Part shown: positions 12,801 through 25,453 of the stretch, piece by piece
Numbering within the stretch: position 1 is the stretch's first letter
How the letters are laid out: each line of letters opens with the position of its first letter
NCBI GenBank assembly: GCA_964016885.1
Contig: OZ024743.1
Span: forward strand, 213,032,001-213,096,000
DNA length: 64,000 bases
Reading direction: 5' to 3'
DNA from: Eledone cirrhosa
Lineage: Eukaryota
The notes under the pieces: model-generated
Database searches by the model: none
What the model saw: only the letters and a program-made list of their open reading frames with translations
What the model was told of the DNA's origin: nothing
Made by a program: the position numbers and the translations under genes

Positions 12801-15767
12801 CCGGTCCTAACCTACGCGTTTTATTTAGGTCGACCGTACAGATCACAAATTTGTGATCTGAATAGGCGACCGTTTTAAAAAGTGGACAGCCCACACTATT
12901 TCTATCTATTTTCCTAATGAAGATTCTGTCTATATACGATCTAGATGACTCCATTCGGTTGGTCCATGTCCATACTGGCACATTGGGGAAATCTAGTCGA
13001 TACCTGTCAGACAGTTGGAACTGGCTGAGTAGGTGCTTGAGGCTTTTGCACCCCCCGCTCCTATCGGCTACTCCCACACAATCCCAGCGTGCGTCTAAGA
13101 TGCCTTTCCAGTCCCCCGCTAACAGTAAAGGGCGAGACGTACCCAGAAAGGTCTCCAGGCGCCTAAAGAAGTCAGGTCGTCCGGCCCCTGTAGGGGCGTA
13201 GACGGCCAGCAGTCTAAAGGGACCACCTTCGCTACTGCTCACATCCAAGACCACCAACTTACCGTCCGGGTCCCGGAAGATCGACCTTACCTCAAGATCC
13301 AGTCCTTTCCTAAACAGCACTGCCACCCCACCCCCATTCCCGGCCTGCTAACAGATGCGAAGATCTGATAGTCGTCGAAAATGGGGGCTAGTGCGCGCGT
13401 GTCGGAAATTCTGGTCTCGCTTACGGCAATCACATCGATTTCCAGTGACCGGAGGTCGTTCAGCAGGCGACCCTGCTTCCAGGGTGACCCCAGGCCGCGA
13501 ACATTTAAACTTCCTACTCTTAATATGGCCATATTGGTAAGCTAAGAGAGAGAGAGGGAAGGTTTACTTACCTCCCGGGTCTTGTGAAGGTCGGGTGGTT
13601 CGACCTCCATGGTTGGTGGGGTTTCTTTTGGGAACCCCTTTAAAAGTCTTGATGTGGGTTTCACATTCGGGTTTCCCACGTCTTGAGGAAAGCTCTCTCG
13701 AATTTCTTTGAAGGAATTGAGTGACATTCGGACCAGAAGCAAATCTTCTGGCACGCAAAATGTGCTCATTTTAAAAATCTCCCCCTCTGTTTGAATGTCC
13801 TCGCTTCGCGCTAAGAGGGCCATCAGTTTATCGTTGGCCCTTCTGACAAGCACGAAGTTTTTAACATTTTGTTGGTGTGGTTTTATTTGTTTTCGTTTTG
13901 GTGAAGGTGGCGGCGATGGTTTTGGTGGTGTTGTTTCGGGTATGTCTATGTTTGTTGTAGGTGTGGTGTCTGCAATTTCAGGTATTTGTGTGTTTATTTG
14001 TACTTGTGTTTGTTTTGGTTGTTTGCGTTTCGGGGATTGTGAAGGTGATGTCGATGTTGCTGATGGTGCTGATGTTATTGGGGAAGTGTTTGCGTTAGTG
14101 GTGTCTGTATTTTTTGTTGTGTGTGTTTTTGTGTTTTGTTGGGGCTTTTTTTTTGTGAGTTTTCTGTTCTTTTGCATTTTGGGGTTTTCCTTCATCTTCG
14201 CTGCTGGAAGACAAAGGGTCTGTGTCTGTGAGTGTCTCTGTGTCTGTGTGTGCGTTTATTTTTTTTTGTCTGTATGTATAATTGGGGGGGGGGGGGAGTG
14301 GGAGAGCTTTCCTCGTTTTCTCCTTGGATTGGTTTTGGTGTTGGTGGTGATCCGGCTGCTTTTGATGTTGGTGTCCGTGTTTTTGTTGATGTTGTTTTTG
14401 GTGGTGGTGGTGGTCAGCTTTCCGTGCTGACACTGGCGTTGGCAACAAAGGAGGTTTGCGACCCCCTGCATTTTTGCGCTGAGGGCAGAAGACTTGAAGA
14501 TGCGTTGCTTCCCCGCAAACGAAGCAGCGTGGCCTTCTTCCGTCAATCATTAGTTGGATTGTTGTCCCGTCCCGCAGGCGGGCAAAATCTGGGATGTTAT
14601 TCATGTCTTCCGGTTTCATTTGGAGAAGAATCTCCAAATCCATTCCGGACCAGTCCTCTCTCTCTGTCCTTTTGATGTCCAGGAGGGTGGTGTCTGTCCC
14701 CTCCTCGATTACGCATCCCAGCAGCCACCATATGTTCATTCCTGGTTTTACTGTCCTTTTACTGTTTTACTGTCCTTTTACTGGTTTTACTGTCCATTCA
14801 CTGTCCTTTTACCCATATAGGACGGATGCATGATAATGCGTTCCGTTCTGCAGGGGGTCACCGAGTGCTTAAGAGCGAGGGCCTCGGTTTTGAACAGTAC
14901 CGAGATGGTACCGAACTGTTTGCCTCTTGCTTTGTACTCTATGTTACTTCCGATGTACTCCAAAGCAGCCTCTACCTCAGCTTGGCTCGCAAGTTCCACT
15001 TTTCGTGTCTGCACCGAAATACATCGAAAGAGCACCGTCCTCCTTTGCATGGCCGTTATTGCCTCGTCCGGGATGGTCAGGTTTGCCAGGACTTCTCCCG
15101 TTTAATTAGCCTCCACGCTTTGGCCAACTGTTCGTCTTTATCGCTAATATCAATATCAATATTCAATAAGCGCTTTGTTTTTGCTGCTGCTGCAGCAAAT
15201 GTGGTGTTTCTGATGCTCTTATTGTTGTTGTTGTCATTCTTGCTGTTGCCACCGCCATCCTTGTTTACATTGAAGCTGTCGGTGTTATTGTCGTTATTGC
15301 TCTGAGTTGTTGTTGTGGTGGTGGTGGTGGTGGTGGCGGCGGTGGTGGTGATGTCGTTTTCAGATGATACTGCCGCTATGGCAGAAGGTTGTGATGGTAG
15401 CTTTTTAGTTTTGTCTTCACATTCAGTAGAGTGGATGACAGGCATGACTGTAGCCGTCGTAGTCGTGGTGAAATCTGCAGTGGCTGCCTTTAAACTTTTG
15501 ACCTGAACGTTGTTTACCGTTTCAAGGTCGAAAATTTCCATAATTTTCTTTTGGTGGGGAAGCGATTTTTTTCGAAGTTTAAAAAAAATAAATCTGAATA
15601 TTCGGGCTTAAAGCCCGAATATTGAGAGGTATCCCTCTCTTTAAATCAAGATGTGTACCTTAAGTTTCGTTAATGACAAGAAAATACAAAAAAAAGACAC
15701 TTTAAAACAGCTTAAAGCTACGAACCTTTTCCCCCGCAGACTTGTCTGTTTTCACACATGTGCGGCC
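9844..15767 (-). mobile_element. Full-length L1/Tx1-type LINE, frameshifted (ORF1 15541-13542; ORF2 13532-10122 with APE, RT and CCHC finger)
   Basis: APE motifs SLNVRGL, AVYAP, LAGDW, YIDRIF and SDH. RT motifs RPITLLN, DQSKAFDRVDH, QGCPLS and AYADD. ORF1 knuckle CFVCGEATHLQVFC. AATAAA at the 3' end. Confidence 0.92.
14741..14816. repeat. Short tandem expansion (TTTACTGTCC-like) breaking Tx1 ORF1
   Basis: About 6 copies of TTTTACTG(TCC), located between ORF1 pieces 14787-15050 and 14095-14739. Confidence 0.8.
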
Positions 15768-15810
<43 letters not shown>

Positions 15811-15811
<1 letters not shown>

Positions 15812-16133
15812 CACGAGAGTGCAAGAGAAGGAGAGGGAGAAAATTAACCGATACCAGGACTTAAAGTGGGAGGTAAAAAGGATTGGAACTGCCATGAAGT
15901 CAAAGTGATCCCAACTGTCATAGGCGCACTAGGGACTATCTCAAAAAGTTTCCAGGGATGGTTAAAGAAAATTGGCCCCTTCACGCTTTTTGGAACGCTT
16001 CAAAAGGCATGCTTGCTGGGAACAGCAAGAACCCTCCGATACGTCCTGAATATCTGAGGCTGCAGGTAGTGGCTTGATATTCATCACAACAAACTTTCCA
16101 GTTAACTAACATCAATGACTGAGACTAAAAGAG
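15811..16133 (+). mobile_element. Dong/R4 3'-end fragment flanked by (TAA)n
   Basis: Near-identical to 8230-8552. Confidence 0.9.
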
Positions 16134-16140
16134 TAATAAC

Positions 16141-16196
<56 letters not shown>

Positions 16197-16207
16197 GAAG
16201 AAGAAGA

Positions 16208-16790
16208 AATGGCACTCCAGAGATTATACATTAACCGAGTGGAGAGGTGTCACAGACACTTCAATGGGTTTTTCTGGGGTTCAGAAAAACCCATTGTTCT
16301 TAGAGTTTATCTTCCCCTCTAAGTGAATGTAGTCTTCATCAGAGGTCCACTGCAGATTGAGAAAATTTCGGTTGTTTTCCATGTTCTCCAACATTTTCTC
16401 AGCCATAACGTTTCTCTTAGTCTTATCAGCTACAGTAAGTTTTTGTTTAGTCTGTATTCGGTAGGGGTATTTTTTAAGATCCTGGTTGACCACCCTCTGA
16501 AAATTTCCGTGGAGAGACCGAAGGATTAGCTTCTCTTGCGCAGTGATCATTTTGGGCTCTGTCCAACAGGCTCTCGGATCATGTCAATAACTTCTTGTTT
16601 ACGCTTCCTGGGTCGTCCAGACTGAGTAAGACAGACTTCGCACATTGTATTGGGGTTCTCCATTGTCCCGTAGGCATCAAACATCTTTACCCAGTTTTGT
16701 ATATTGGCTTTGAAGGGAGATTTGTCCGTTCCCCCAAAAATGGATGAAATTGCTCCTGGACCTATTTGCACAAGCCACATTTATAGTAGG
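16208..16790 (-). pseudogene. IS630-Tc1-mariner transposase remnant
   Basis: SGRPR...DLKKYPYRIQTKQKL...WTSDEDYIHLEGKINSKN (first catalytic D motif), disrupted. Confidence 0.75.
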
Positions 16791-16907
16791 GTTTCACACA
16801 GAAAATCCTGAAATTTAAGCTTGATGGGTTAGGAAATTAATATAGAGTTACATAAAACGTCTGCGACACACACACACACATACACACACACACGCACACA
16901 CACATGT

Positions 16908-16950
<43 letters not shown>

Positions 16951-16953
<3 letters not shown>

Positions 16954-17027
16954 GGTGTCCCCAAACATTTATACACACTTTGATTAGAATGCTGTTGAAG
17001 TGTGTATACATCTTTTAGGACACCCTG
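16951..17027. mobile_element. 77-bp Tc1/mariner mini-MITE
   Basis: TA-CAGGGTGTCC...TATACACACTT / AAGTGTGTATA...GGACACCCTG-TA. Confidence 0.8.
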
Positions 17028-17176
17028 TAATATATATATAAGCAAAGAGATATTTAATTTGTTGTGTTGGTAATTCAACAAATTTATTTATAACAGATTC
17101 GAAGCACTCAACAGATTTCCTGTAGTATAATATCAATGATATTAATAAATGGAAACTATATTTATAAAACCATATT

Positions 17177-17238
17177 TATTTTATTATATATATTTCAAGG
17201 GTACCAAAAACTTTGGTACGCGCTCATCAGATAAAATA
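17177..17238 (-). ncRNA. Minimal type I hammerhead ribozyme
   Basis: Inverted copy of 17349-17410. Confidence 0.75.
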
Positions 17239-17348
17239 CAAAATTTGTTTTATAAATAGTGACATAACTCAGAAACCAGACCTCATCGGTTCAGGTTCCG
17301 ATAAGGTCTGGTTTCTGAGGTATGTCACTATTTATAAAACAAATTTTG

Positions 17349-17410
17349 TATTTTATCTGATGAGTGCGTACCAAAGTTTTTGGTACCCTTGAAATATATA
17401 TAATAAAATA
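17349..17410 (+). ncRNA. Minimal type I hammerhead ribozyme
   Basis: TATTTTAT CTGATGA gtgc-GTACCAAA..TTTGGTAC-cctt GAAA T-ATAT-A TA ATAAAATA. Stem I is 8 bp, loop III is palindromic, and the predicted cut is after 17402. Confidence 0.75.
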
Positions 17411-17445
17411 AATATGGTTTTATAAATATAGTTTCCATTTATACT

Positions 17446-17494
<49 letters not shown>

Positions 17495-17859
17495 TATCCT
17501 TTTGTTTATTCTTCCATTTAAAAATGTTGAAATTTATAGGCGAGTGTGTCATCTGGTGTTTTTATTCCTACACAAAATATTTGATATATATGAATAATAA
17601 TGAAGCTATTGATTTGAAATGAAGTCCATTTTCATACCATATCTCATAACCCCAGCCCCAGTCCCACCCAACAAAAAAACCTGGCATTTATTTTGATATC
17701 ATTAAAAAAAAATTATCATGTGTATGAATAATCCATATGACCGATTTAGTATTGACCCTATGAGCAAGCTTTTAGGTAATGTTCCGTTTGGTTAGATTTA
17801 CAACACACCATGTCGCCTAAACTCAATTAAACTATACCCTGCCGTTATTGTAGGTATTA

Positions 17860-19100
17860 TTTCGTGATGGACAACATGCTTTGTTGCATAGAGTTGCGCC
17901 TCTTTATGTTCTGAATTCAAATCCCGCTGAGGTTAGCTTTGCTTTTCATCCTTACGGAGTCGATAAAATAAAGTACCGGTGCCACACTGTGGTTATTTGA
18001 TCGACTTTCCCCTTCTCCTAATTATTGGCCTTGTGCTTAAATCAGAAACCATTATTTCGTGGTGGCCCTTTCATCATTAAAGGGTCGATAAAATAAAGTA
18101 CCAGTAAAACACTGGGGCTGATGCAATTGATTTTCTCTTGTCCCCAAATTGCTGGCCTTATTCCTAAATTAGAAACCATTATTTCGTGGTGGCCCTTTCA
18201 TCATTAAAGGGTCGATAAAATAAAGTACCAGTAAAACACTGAGGCCGATGCAATCGACTTTCTCCTGTCCCCAAATTGCTGGCCTTATTCCTAAATTAGA
18301 AACCATTATTTCGTGGTGGTAAGATTACTAAAGTAGAACATTGGTGGATTGGCAGTATCGGTAGAGAGTCGGACGCCATACTTTCCAGCATAGTTACGTC
18401 CCTTTACGGTCTGAGTCCAAATCCCGCCGAGGTTAACTTTGCCTTTCATCCTTACGGGGTCGATAAAATAAAGTACCAGTAATGCACTGGGTAATTGCTG
18501 GCCTTGTGCCTAAAGTAGAAACAATTATTACGGTGGATTGGCAATATCGGTAGAGAGTCGGATGCCATACTTTTCAGCATAGAGTTACGGCCCTTTACGG
18601 TCTGAGTTCAAATCCCGCCCAGGTTAACTTTGCCTTTCATCCTTACGGGGTCGATAAAATAAAGTACCAGTAATGCACTGGAATAATTGCTGGCATTGTG
18701 CCAAAAGTAGACCATCATTATTACTTTTAGTGCTTCCGGCTTTTTACGTACTGAGTTCAAACCCTACCGTTCAATTTTGCCTTTCATCCTTTAGAGATCG
18801 ATAAAATATAGTATCAGTTAAGTACTGAGATCGATATAATTGACTTACTCCTCCCAACAAGAGTCCTGGCTGTGTGTCTTAAGTAGAAACCATTAATCAA
18901 TGGAGCGTCGAACAAAATGCTTTGCAATATTTGTTCCGGCTCTTTACTTTCTGAATTGAAATACCGTCAAAGTCAACGTTGCTTTTCATCTTTTCGCAGT
19001 CAATAAAATAGAGTGCCAGCTAAATATTGGCATCGATTTAATCAACTTTCTTCTCTTTTAATATGGCCTTAAGTCTGCCTAAATTAGAAACCATTATTTC
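17860..19100 (+). mobile_element. Head-to-tail array of about 7 tRNA-SINE units (Meta-domain-like core)
   Basis: Repeated GAGTTCAAATCCCGCCGAGGTTAACTTTGCCTTTCATCCTTACGGGGTCGATAAAATAAAGTACCAG with a B-box GTTCAAATC. Units end in AGAAACCATTATT. Confidence 0.85.
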
Positions 19101-20507
19101 GCCCAGTCAATGTCTTTTATTCATACATTAGTGCATCTTAGACTACTTTATCCAACGTAGTCTATAAGATTTGGAAGATACGGTTGTTATTTCTTGCAGG
19201 TTGAGTTACCACGTAATGACTACTTCATTTGTGGATTTATTTCAAGCATGATCCATTGCATGCATTCATGAATATAAATGAGATTTCTTATATAGTCATA
19301 ACTCTTCGTGTTATTTCTCGAAAAATTGTCAATGAGAAGTGATGATGGTCATGCCTTTCTTTTCAAATAACATTCACTTGTGTCGTAAATGCTGTAGTAG
19401 AGAGAGAGGGAGAAAGAGGGAGAGGGAGAGGGAGAGAGAGGGAGAGGGAGAGAGAGGGAAAGAGAGGGAGAAAGAGAGGGAGAAATAGAGAAGGAGAAAG
19501 AGGGAAGGAGAGAGCGAGGGATGGAAGGCGAGAGGGAGAAAAAGTGGAGATAAGTGAGAGATGCAATGATGATGTAGAAAATGCAATTGAAAATTGAAAA
19601 GAATAAGATTAAATATTTTAATTGTTCGAGCGTTGGTATAAAACTGATGTTCTCTATTGTCGTAAGGAGTGGTTATGACACACTATTATGGTTATCCTTC
19701 ACGTATACTAGCCCAGCCCTTCTTTCTTTTGTTTCATCTCAAAAGTAGCATATCCGTTTCCGAAGATGAATGGCCGTGAAACTAGGAATGTTCACAAAAC
19801 TTGCAAATGCTAGGCTTGGAAAAAGCTTAGAGGAACTATCATGGTGGCGATACATCAACAATATAACTAAAAGTGCACAGCATCTGAGAAAACTAGACCT
19901 TTTCTTTTCAGTGTTGTATAATTTCTGCCCTATTCATTACATTCACTACATACCAGAAGTGTGACCTACATTCTAGTATCGCCTCATTTATCTGTGACGG
20001 CGTAAGCTGTTACACTTAAATAACGCAAACCCAACCAAGCAACCAACAAACAAACCAAGCAGCCTACAAACAAACAAATAGACATTTTAAATGGCATTAA
20101 ATAAGGGCGATAACATTAATTAGCAAATAATTATTCATCACCACACAGCAGCCTTCAGGACATCGGCGTACCATTTCCTCTTCTAAAAATGAAGTCCTTG
20201 AGAGCAGCTATGGCTGAAAGGTTATGAAGTTGATTTCACAACCACACGATTCCACCATCAATCCCATTGTGTAGTATCTCACATATGTGTCTTTTACAAT
20301 ATAAAATTAAGCGATTAAAGATGGATTCTCGGTGGAGATCGGGAAAAGGTCACAGTTAAAAAGGTTCTCAATGCGTTGGTAGAGTAGAAGCATCTTTATT
20401 TTATATAGAAATGACTTCTACTGAACTAGAAATCATCAGGCCATTCCAAATGATATGAATGAAATAGTTCTAGTTCTGTAGAAGTCATTGCTATATATAT
20501 ATATATA

Positions 20508-20700
20508 TAGTAATAATAATAAATTTGAAGACTAAAATCCAAAGAGGGCTCGATAAGGATAAATATATATCAAATATATAAGAACGGTTGCAACGTTTTT
20601 TGAAATATCCACTTCTGTGTTTACAGATTGACTTTGTTAGTTTCAGAAGATCCCGTTAAGGGTGAAAGCAGCGATTCTTTGCTTAAACTTTAATCTGTTA

Positions 20701-20708
<8 letters not shown>
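20508..20708. mobile_element. Short copy of the 59350-60483 PLE family (inverted tail plus HHR-like motif at 20639-20689, +)
   Basis: AGTTT CAGAAGA T-CCC-GTTAA-GGG-T GAAA GCAG..TTGC TT AAACT. 20508-20588 is the reverse complement of 60404-60483. Confidence 0.75.
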
Positions 20709-20731
<23 letters not shown>

Positions 20732-20902
20732 TCTCTACTGTTCTGGTGACTAAGCTTGGTAGAGCTTATATTCAGCACTATATTGTTTATTGATTACGCT
20801 CTGAGTATTCCTGCCACACAGTATGGATGAAACATTGTTAGCGAATAAAAATTGCATAAGTATGTAGGCGTTCTTTGATTTGTTTTCTCTCTATCCCCCC
20901 CC

Positions 20903-21028
<126 letters not shown>

Positions 21029-21069
21029 ATATATATATATATATGTATGTATATATATATATATATATG

Positions 21070-21107
<38 letters not shown>

Positions 21108-21784
21108 ATATGTATAATATAAATATATATTATATATATATACATATATAATATATAGTATATATATATATATATAATAGATTATACCACAAATGTTTCA
21201 TATATTTAAACTGAAGCATACAGTAAGATACAAAATTTCATATACAGACCGTATCAATAACGATTTCATCTCTCGGACAGACTATAGATTTAATCTGTTT
21301 CGCCCTGAAAATTGTGTTTGTAGCAGATAATCCTTAGGCATTTCATCAACGAGAGATAAGATTAAATGGAACAAAACACATCTAACAAGAACTCACGGAA
21401 GTAAATAATGCACCTCGTGGGTTGAAAGCTATACGTGGTGTGAGTGGGTATGCTAGAAATAATAGCCTTATTACACTCATCTTATAAGCTCACCTAGATA
21501 GGAAGCCGAAATACAAATAAAATATAGAGTTATTAACTCATTTGTGGTATAATCTACCCTCGTAATTTTAGACGCAGAATTTACTGTGTTTATTTCTACA
21601 TATATTATTATTATAATTCTCAGTATTTATATTTTGAGCTTGTTAATTGCAGGGTATCAATATGAGTTAATAAATCTATATTTTATTTGTATATATATAT
21701 AATATAAATATATACTATACATATAATATATATATAATATATAATATATATATACGTATTTATATATATATATATATATATATA

Positions 21785-22241
21785 TACGATATTAAATAAA
21801 TGGAAACTATATTTATAAAACCATATTTATTTCATTATATATATTTCAGGGATATCATATTAACAATATGTTATGCCTTCTTCAGACAAAATACAATATA
21901 GACAGTTTTATAAATAAATAGATTTGACATACCGTTCAACATCGACTTGTATTTGAAAAGTTGATTTGGCAGTCAAATCAACTTTTCAAATACAAGTCGA
22001 TGTTGAACGGTATGTCAAATCTATTTATTTATAAAACTGTCTATATTGTATTTTGTCTGAAGAAGGCATAACATATTGTTAATATGATATCCCTGAAATA
22101 TATATAATGAAATAAATATGGTTTTATAAATATAGTTTCCATTTATTTAATATCGTAAATATACTCCAAATACTTGTTGAGTGCTTTTATATCAGTTATA
22201 AATATTTACTAGTTGTAACCCAACAATTTAAATATAACTTT

Positions 22242-22243
<2 letters not shown>
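21785..22243 (+). mobile_element. Fold-back PLE-derived element (palindrome 21785-22157 plus tail) in (TA)n
   Basis: Essentially perfect arms of about 185 bp centred near 21971. The ends are homologous to the 17145 element. Confidence 0.85.
22049..22114 (+). ncRNA. Minimal type I hammerhead ribozyme (mirror copy at 21828-21893, -)
   Basis: TATTTTGT CTGAAGA AGG..CATATT-GTT-AATATG..CCT GAAA T-ATAT-A TA ATGAAATA. Stem I is retained through G-U pairs relative to 17349. Confidence 0.75.
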
Positions 22244-22306
<63 letters not shown>

Positions 22307-22339
22307 AAGAAATAAAAAGATGGTTAAAAAAGTTCCACG

Positions 22340-22410
22340 TATTTTATTATGCGCATTTCAAAAACAAATATCATCCAGGGATGATATTTGCGTTCTCATC
22401 AGATAAAATA
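22340..22410 (-). ncRNA. Minimal type I hammerhead ribozyme within PLE remnant 22303-22670
   Basis: Reverse complement: TATTTTAT CTGATGA gaac-GCAAATATCATCC-ct-GGATGATATTTGT-tttt GAAA T-GCGC-A TA ATAAAATA. Confidence 0.8.
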
Positions 22411-22738
22411 GGGAGACATGATATGAAGCTTAAAAAAGACACTTGTGAGCAAGGTAGTGTCTAAACAACATATGATAAATAAATTTAAAAGGATATAGGA
22501 TATTGGCAAAAGGAAAGGAAGGGGGAAAGGGTAAGGAAGATGAAGAAAGGAAAAAGAAAAAAGAAGGAAAGGATAACGGAGGAAGATTATAAGAAGATTA
22601 TATACTGTTGAGTGCTACTTATCCGATATTTGCATTGCTTTATTGTGCTACAATAAAACTCACCTCCTACATATATATATGATATATAATATATATATTA
22701 TAAAATAAAATATATATATACATATATATACACACACA

Positions 22739-22839
<101 letters not shown>

Positions 22840-22842
22840 GTA

Positions 22843-23030
22843 TATAGTAGAGGAGTCAGGGCCCGTCAGTTGAGATATTGCCATTTTGACAGCAAATTGC
22901 AGACGGAATTTGCCGTTGAAACAGTAAAAGCTCAACTGCCGGGTTCTGACTCTCTACTATATTTACACTCTAATATCCCAAGTATCGAGTACTCTGCTTA
23001 ATAATGATCGATCTTACTAGTTTAAAACAC
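22843..23030 (+). mobile_element. Older fold-back element related to family B (25633-25838)
   Basis: Hairpin 22843-22961 containing GAAA CAGT..ACTG and a tail CACTCTA..AAGTATCGAGTACT. Confidence 0.65.
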
Positions 23031-23072
23031 TCACATTGATACACATACGCATGCATACACATATACACGCGC

Positions 23073-23133
<61 letters not shown>

Positions 23134-23546
23134 ACACACACACACACACACGCATACACATATCATACATAACACGTTTCTATACATCCTGTAATTAGTG
23201 TGCTAGAGAGATGTATTTTCACTGACATTGCCGTTTTAAATATTTTATCAATTGTTTGATGACACAAGAACGAGCAGAATTGACGTTTTATGTCTAATTT
23301 CCTGAGTCACATTACAATAAATAAACTCATTTATATACAAATGTTAGAGCTTGATCAAAGATTTTCACAAAATTTATTTATTCTTTATATTTTTCTGCTC
23401 ACCCTTGTGAAACGTGTTAAAAGAATAAAATGTCAACTTTTTCATCTTGGTTGTTCATGTTTTATTATGTGCGTTCATGTGGGTCATTGGATTTATTTAA
23501 TTAAAGTTTGATTCATAATATGTTTACGGATTATACCTGTGATGAG

Positions 23547-23613
<67 letters not shown>

Positions 23614-23658
23614 AAATGACAGGAGGCTGGACTTGTGTAAATCCTTGAAAGGTTTATT

Positions 23659-23716
23659 ATACTATGATCATTTCAATGACCGAGTTCCGTATGAATCCGG
23701 TGATATCATCAGGTAT
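23659..23716 (-). ncRNA. Minimal type I hammerhead ribozyme motif
   Basis: Reverse complement: ATAC CTGATGA ..ACCGG..TCGGT.. GAAA T-GATC-A TA GTAT. Confidence 0.65.
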
Positions 23717-23904
23717 TCGAAATATAATAAATGAATGTAATAGATAAAATCCATGGGGCTGAAAATCAAAGACCGGAGGACGACCGACCAACTAGCATCT
23801 TCCACTTTAGCCGGTCGCCCTCAAGTGCTGGCTATTCGATCTACTTGAGGCTATCTGGTGAGGGGGCTAAAGCTTATAGTGTGCTACTAGTCTCCCGGTC
23901 AAAT

Positions 23905-24699
23905 AGAAGAAAAACAGAAAGGGAGAGGAAGATAAGTCAGCGTTAATATCATGCTACAAGAAAAAAGACAGAAAGGAGGGGGAAGAAAAGGAAGAAGAAG
24001 AAAAGTCAGCGTTAATGTCGAGCTACAAGAAGAAAGACTGGCGCACCTGAAGCCTGTTATACATTCCTAGAGTGCTTGGAAAAATTGATTTCCATATCTT
24101 TCGCTCGGCGATCTCACTCGGAATGGCTGACACGTGGTTAGGATGGGCTCGCCGGAGCTTGCACTCGCCGCATGCTGTTTGACTGCTAAACAAAGACATA
24201 ATCTTTACTCTATAATACAATTTAAGTTTCTTCATAAAAGACTCTTTCTTTACTTAAACCTCGCAACCAAAACCTTAAACATTTTAAACTGTTTAATTTT
24301 CAGTTTTCTAATTTCTTTAATTTTATAATGTTAATATTAAATATTGAATTTTTGTAACTTCATCCTATAAATCTAAACAAAAATTTAACCTTCCAATCTT
24401 CTGCTCACACATTATAACATGCAGACCCCCACTATATTTACCTCTGTTATAATATATACCTCTGTTAAGATACGTGTCCTTTAGAATACATTTTTTTTCG
24501 CGCCATTCCTGGCCTGACTGTAGCTTGACATAAGTACGGACCTTTCTTCCTCTTTCTTTCTGTCTTTCTTCTTGTAGCTCGAAATTAACGCTGACTTTTC
24601 TTCTTCTTCTTCCTTTTCTTCTCCCTTCTCTTTCTGTCTTTTTTCTTGTAGCATGATATTAACGCTGACTTATTTTCCTCTCCCTTTCTGTTTTTCTTC
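23905..24699. repeat. Inverted repeat pair (23905-24040 / 24560-24699) within PLE-like debris
   Basis: The AAGTCAGCGTTAAT..GCTACAAGAA doublet and its reverse complement. Confidence 0.75.
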
Positions 24700-25207
24700 A
24701 ATATTGGAAGAATTAAAATTCCGTCTTCAGGGTAGAATAAGAGGAGATATTGAATATAAAATATACATACCATATCATTGCCGTGACGGCATGGTGTTCA
24801 ACACGTTGCGTTGTTGAATTACTAAATGTATTAGGACAATATGTCAGGCTTATAATGACGCTGGAAATAGCAGCAAAAATCCGTCTAAATCTACTCTACA
24901 ATGAAGGGGTAGCTAATAGATTTTGGGTTAAGTTTAATATGTTTTATTACTTCTCTGAGTTGATAATTTACTAGCATATTTTATCCTTTCATTGTGATGC
25001 ATCAGTATTAGAGACAAATAACTTATAATATATGTATATACACACTTAAAAATACACACTTACATGTATATATATATATATATATATATGTGTATATATA
25101 TATATGTATATATATGTGTGTGTATATATATTTTATATATATATGTATATATATATGTATATATATATATGTATAACTATATATCTATATATATATATGG
25201 ATTTATA

Positions 25208-25268
<61 letters not shown>

Positions 25269-25323
25269 GTATATATATGTATATATGTAGGTATATATAT
25301 ATGTATATATATATATATATATG

Positions 25324-25413
<90 letters not shown>

Positions 25414-25422
25414 TATACATAC

Positions 25423-25453
<31 letters not shown>

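Larger units (their letters stand above)
17040..17448 (-). mobile_element. Fold-back PLE-derived element (palindrome 17145-17442 plus tail) in (TA)n
   Basis: Near-perfect arms of about 145 bp around an 8-nt loop (17290-17297). Each arm carries an HHR. Confidence 0.85.

Noticed and set aside
5150-15110. Programmed frameshift in Tx1 ORF1 (both copies break in a similar region)
   Set aside because: The breaks are about 10 codons apart and of different kinds, and one is in a C-run. Decay or sequencing indels are more likely.
17145-17442. Palindromes as MITEs or pre-miRNAs
   Set aside because: There is no transposon-type TIR or TSD, the tails are asymmetric, HHR cores are present, and one family (41761) is directly linked to a GIY-YIG ORF.
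17860-19100. tRNA gene cluster
   Set aside because: The A/B boxes belong to SINE heads, and no complete cloverleaf is present.
19765-19790. Hammerhead-like CCGAAGA...GAAAC (similar partial motifs at 24722, 44698 and 52790)
   Set aside because: The core is mutated or stems I/III cannot be formed, so these are at most decayed remnants.
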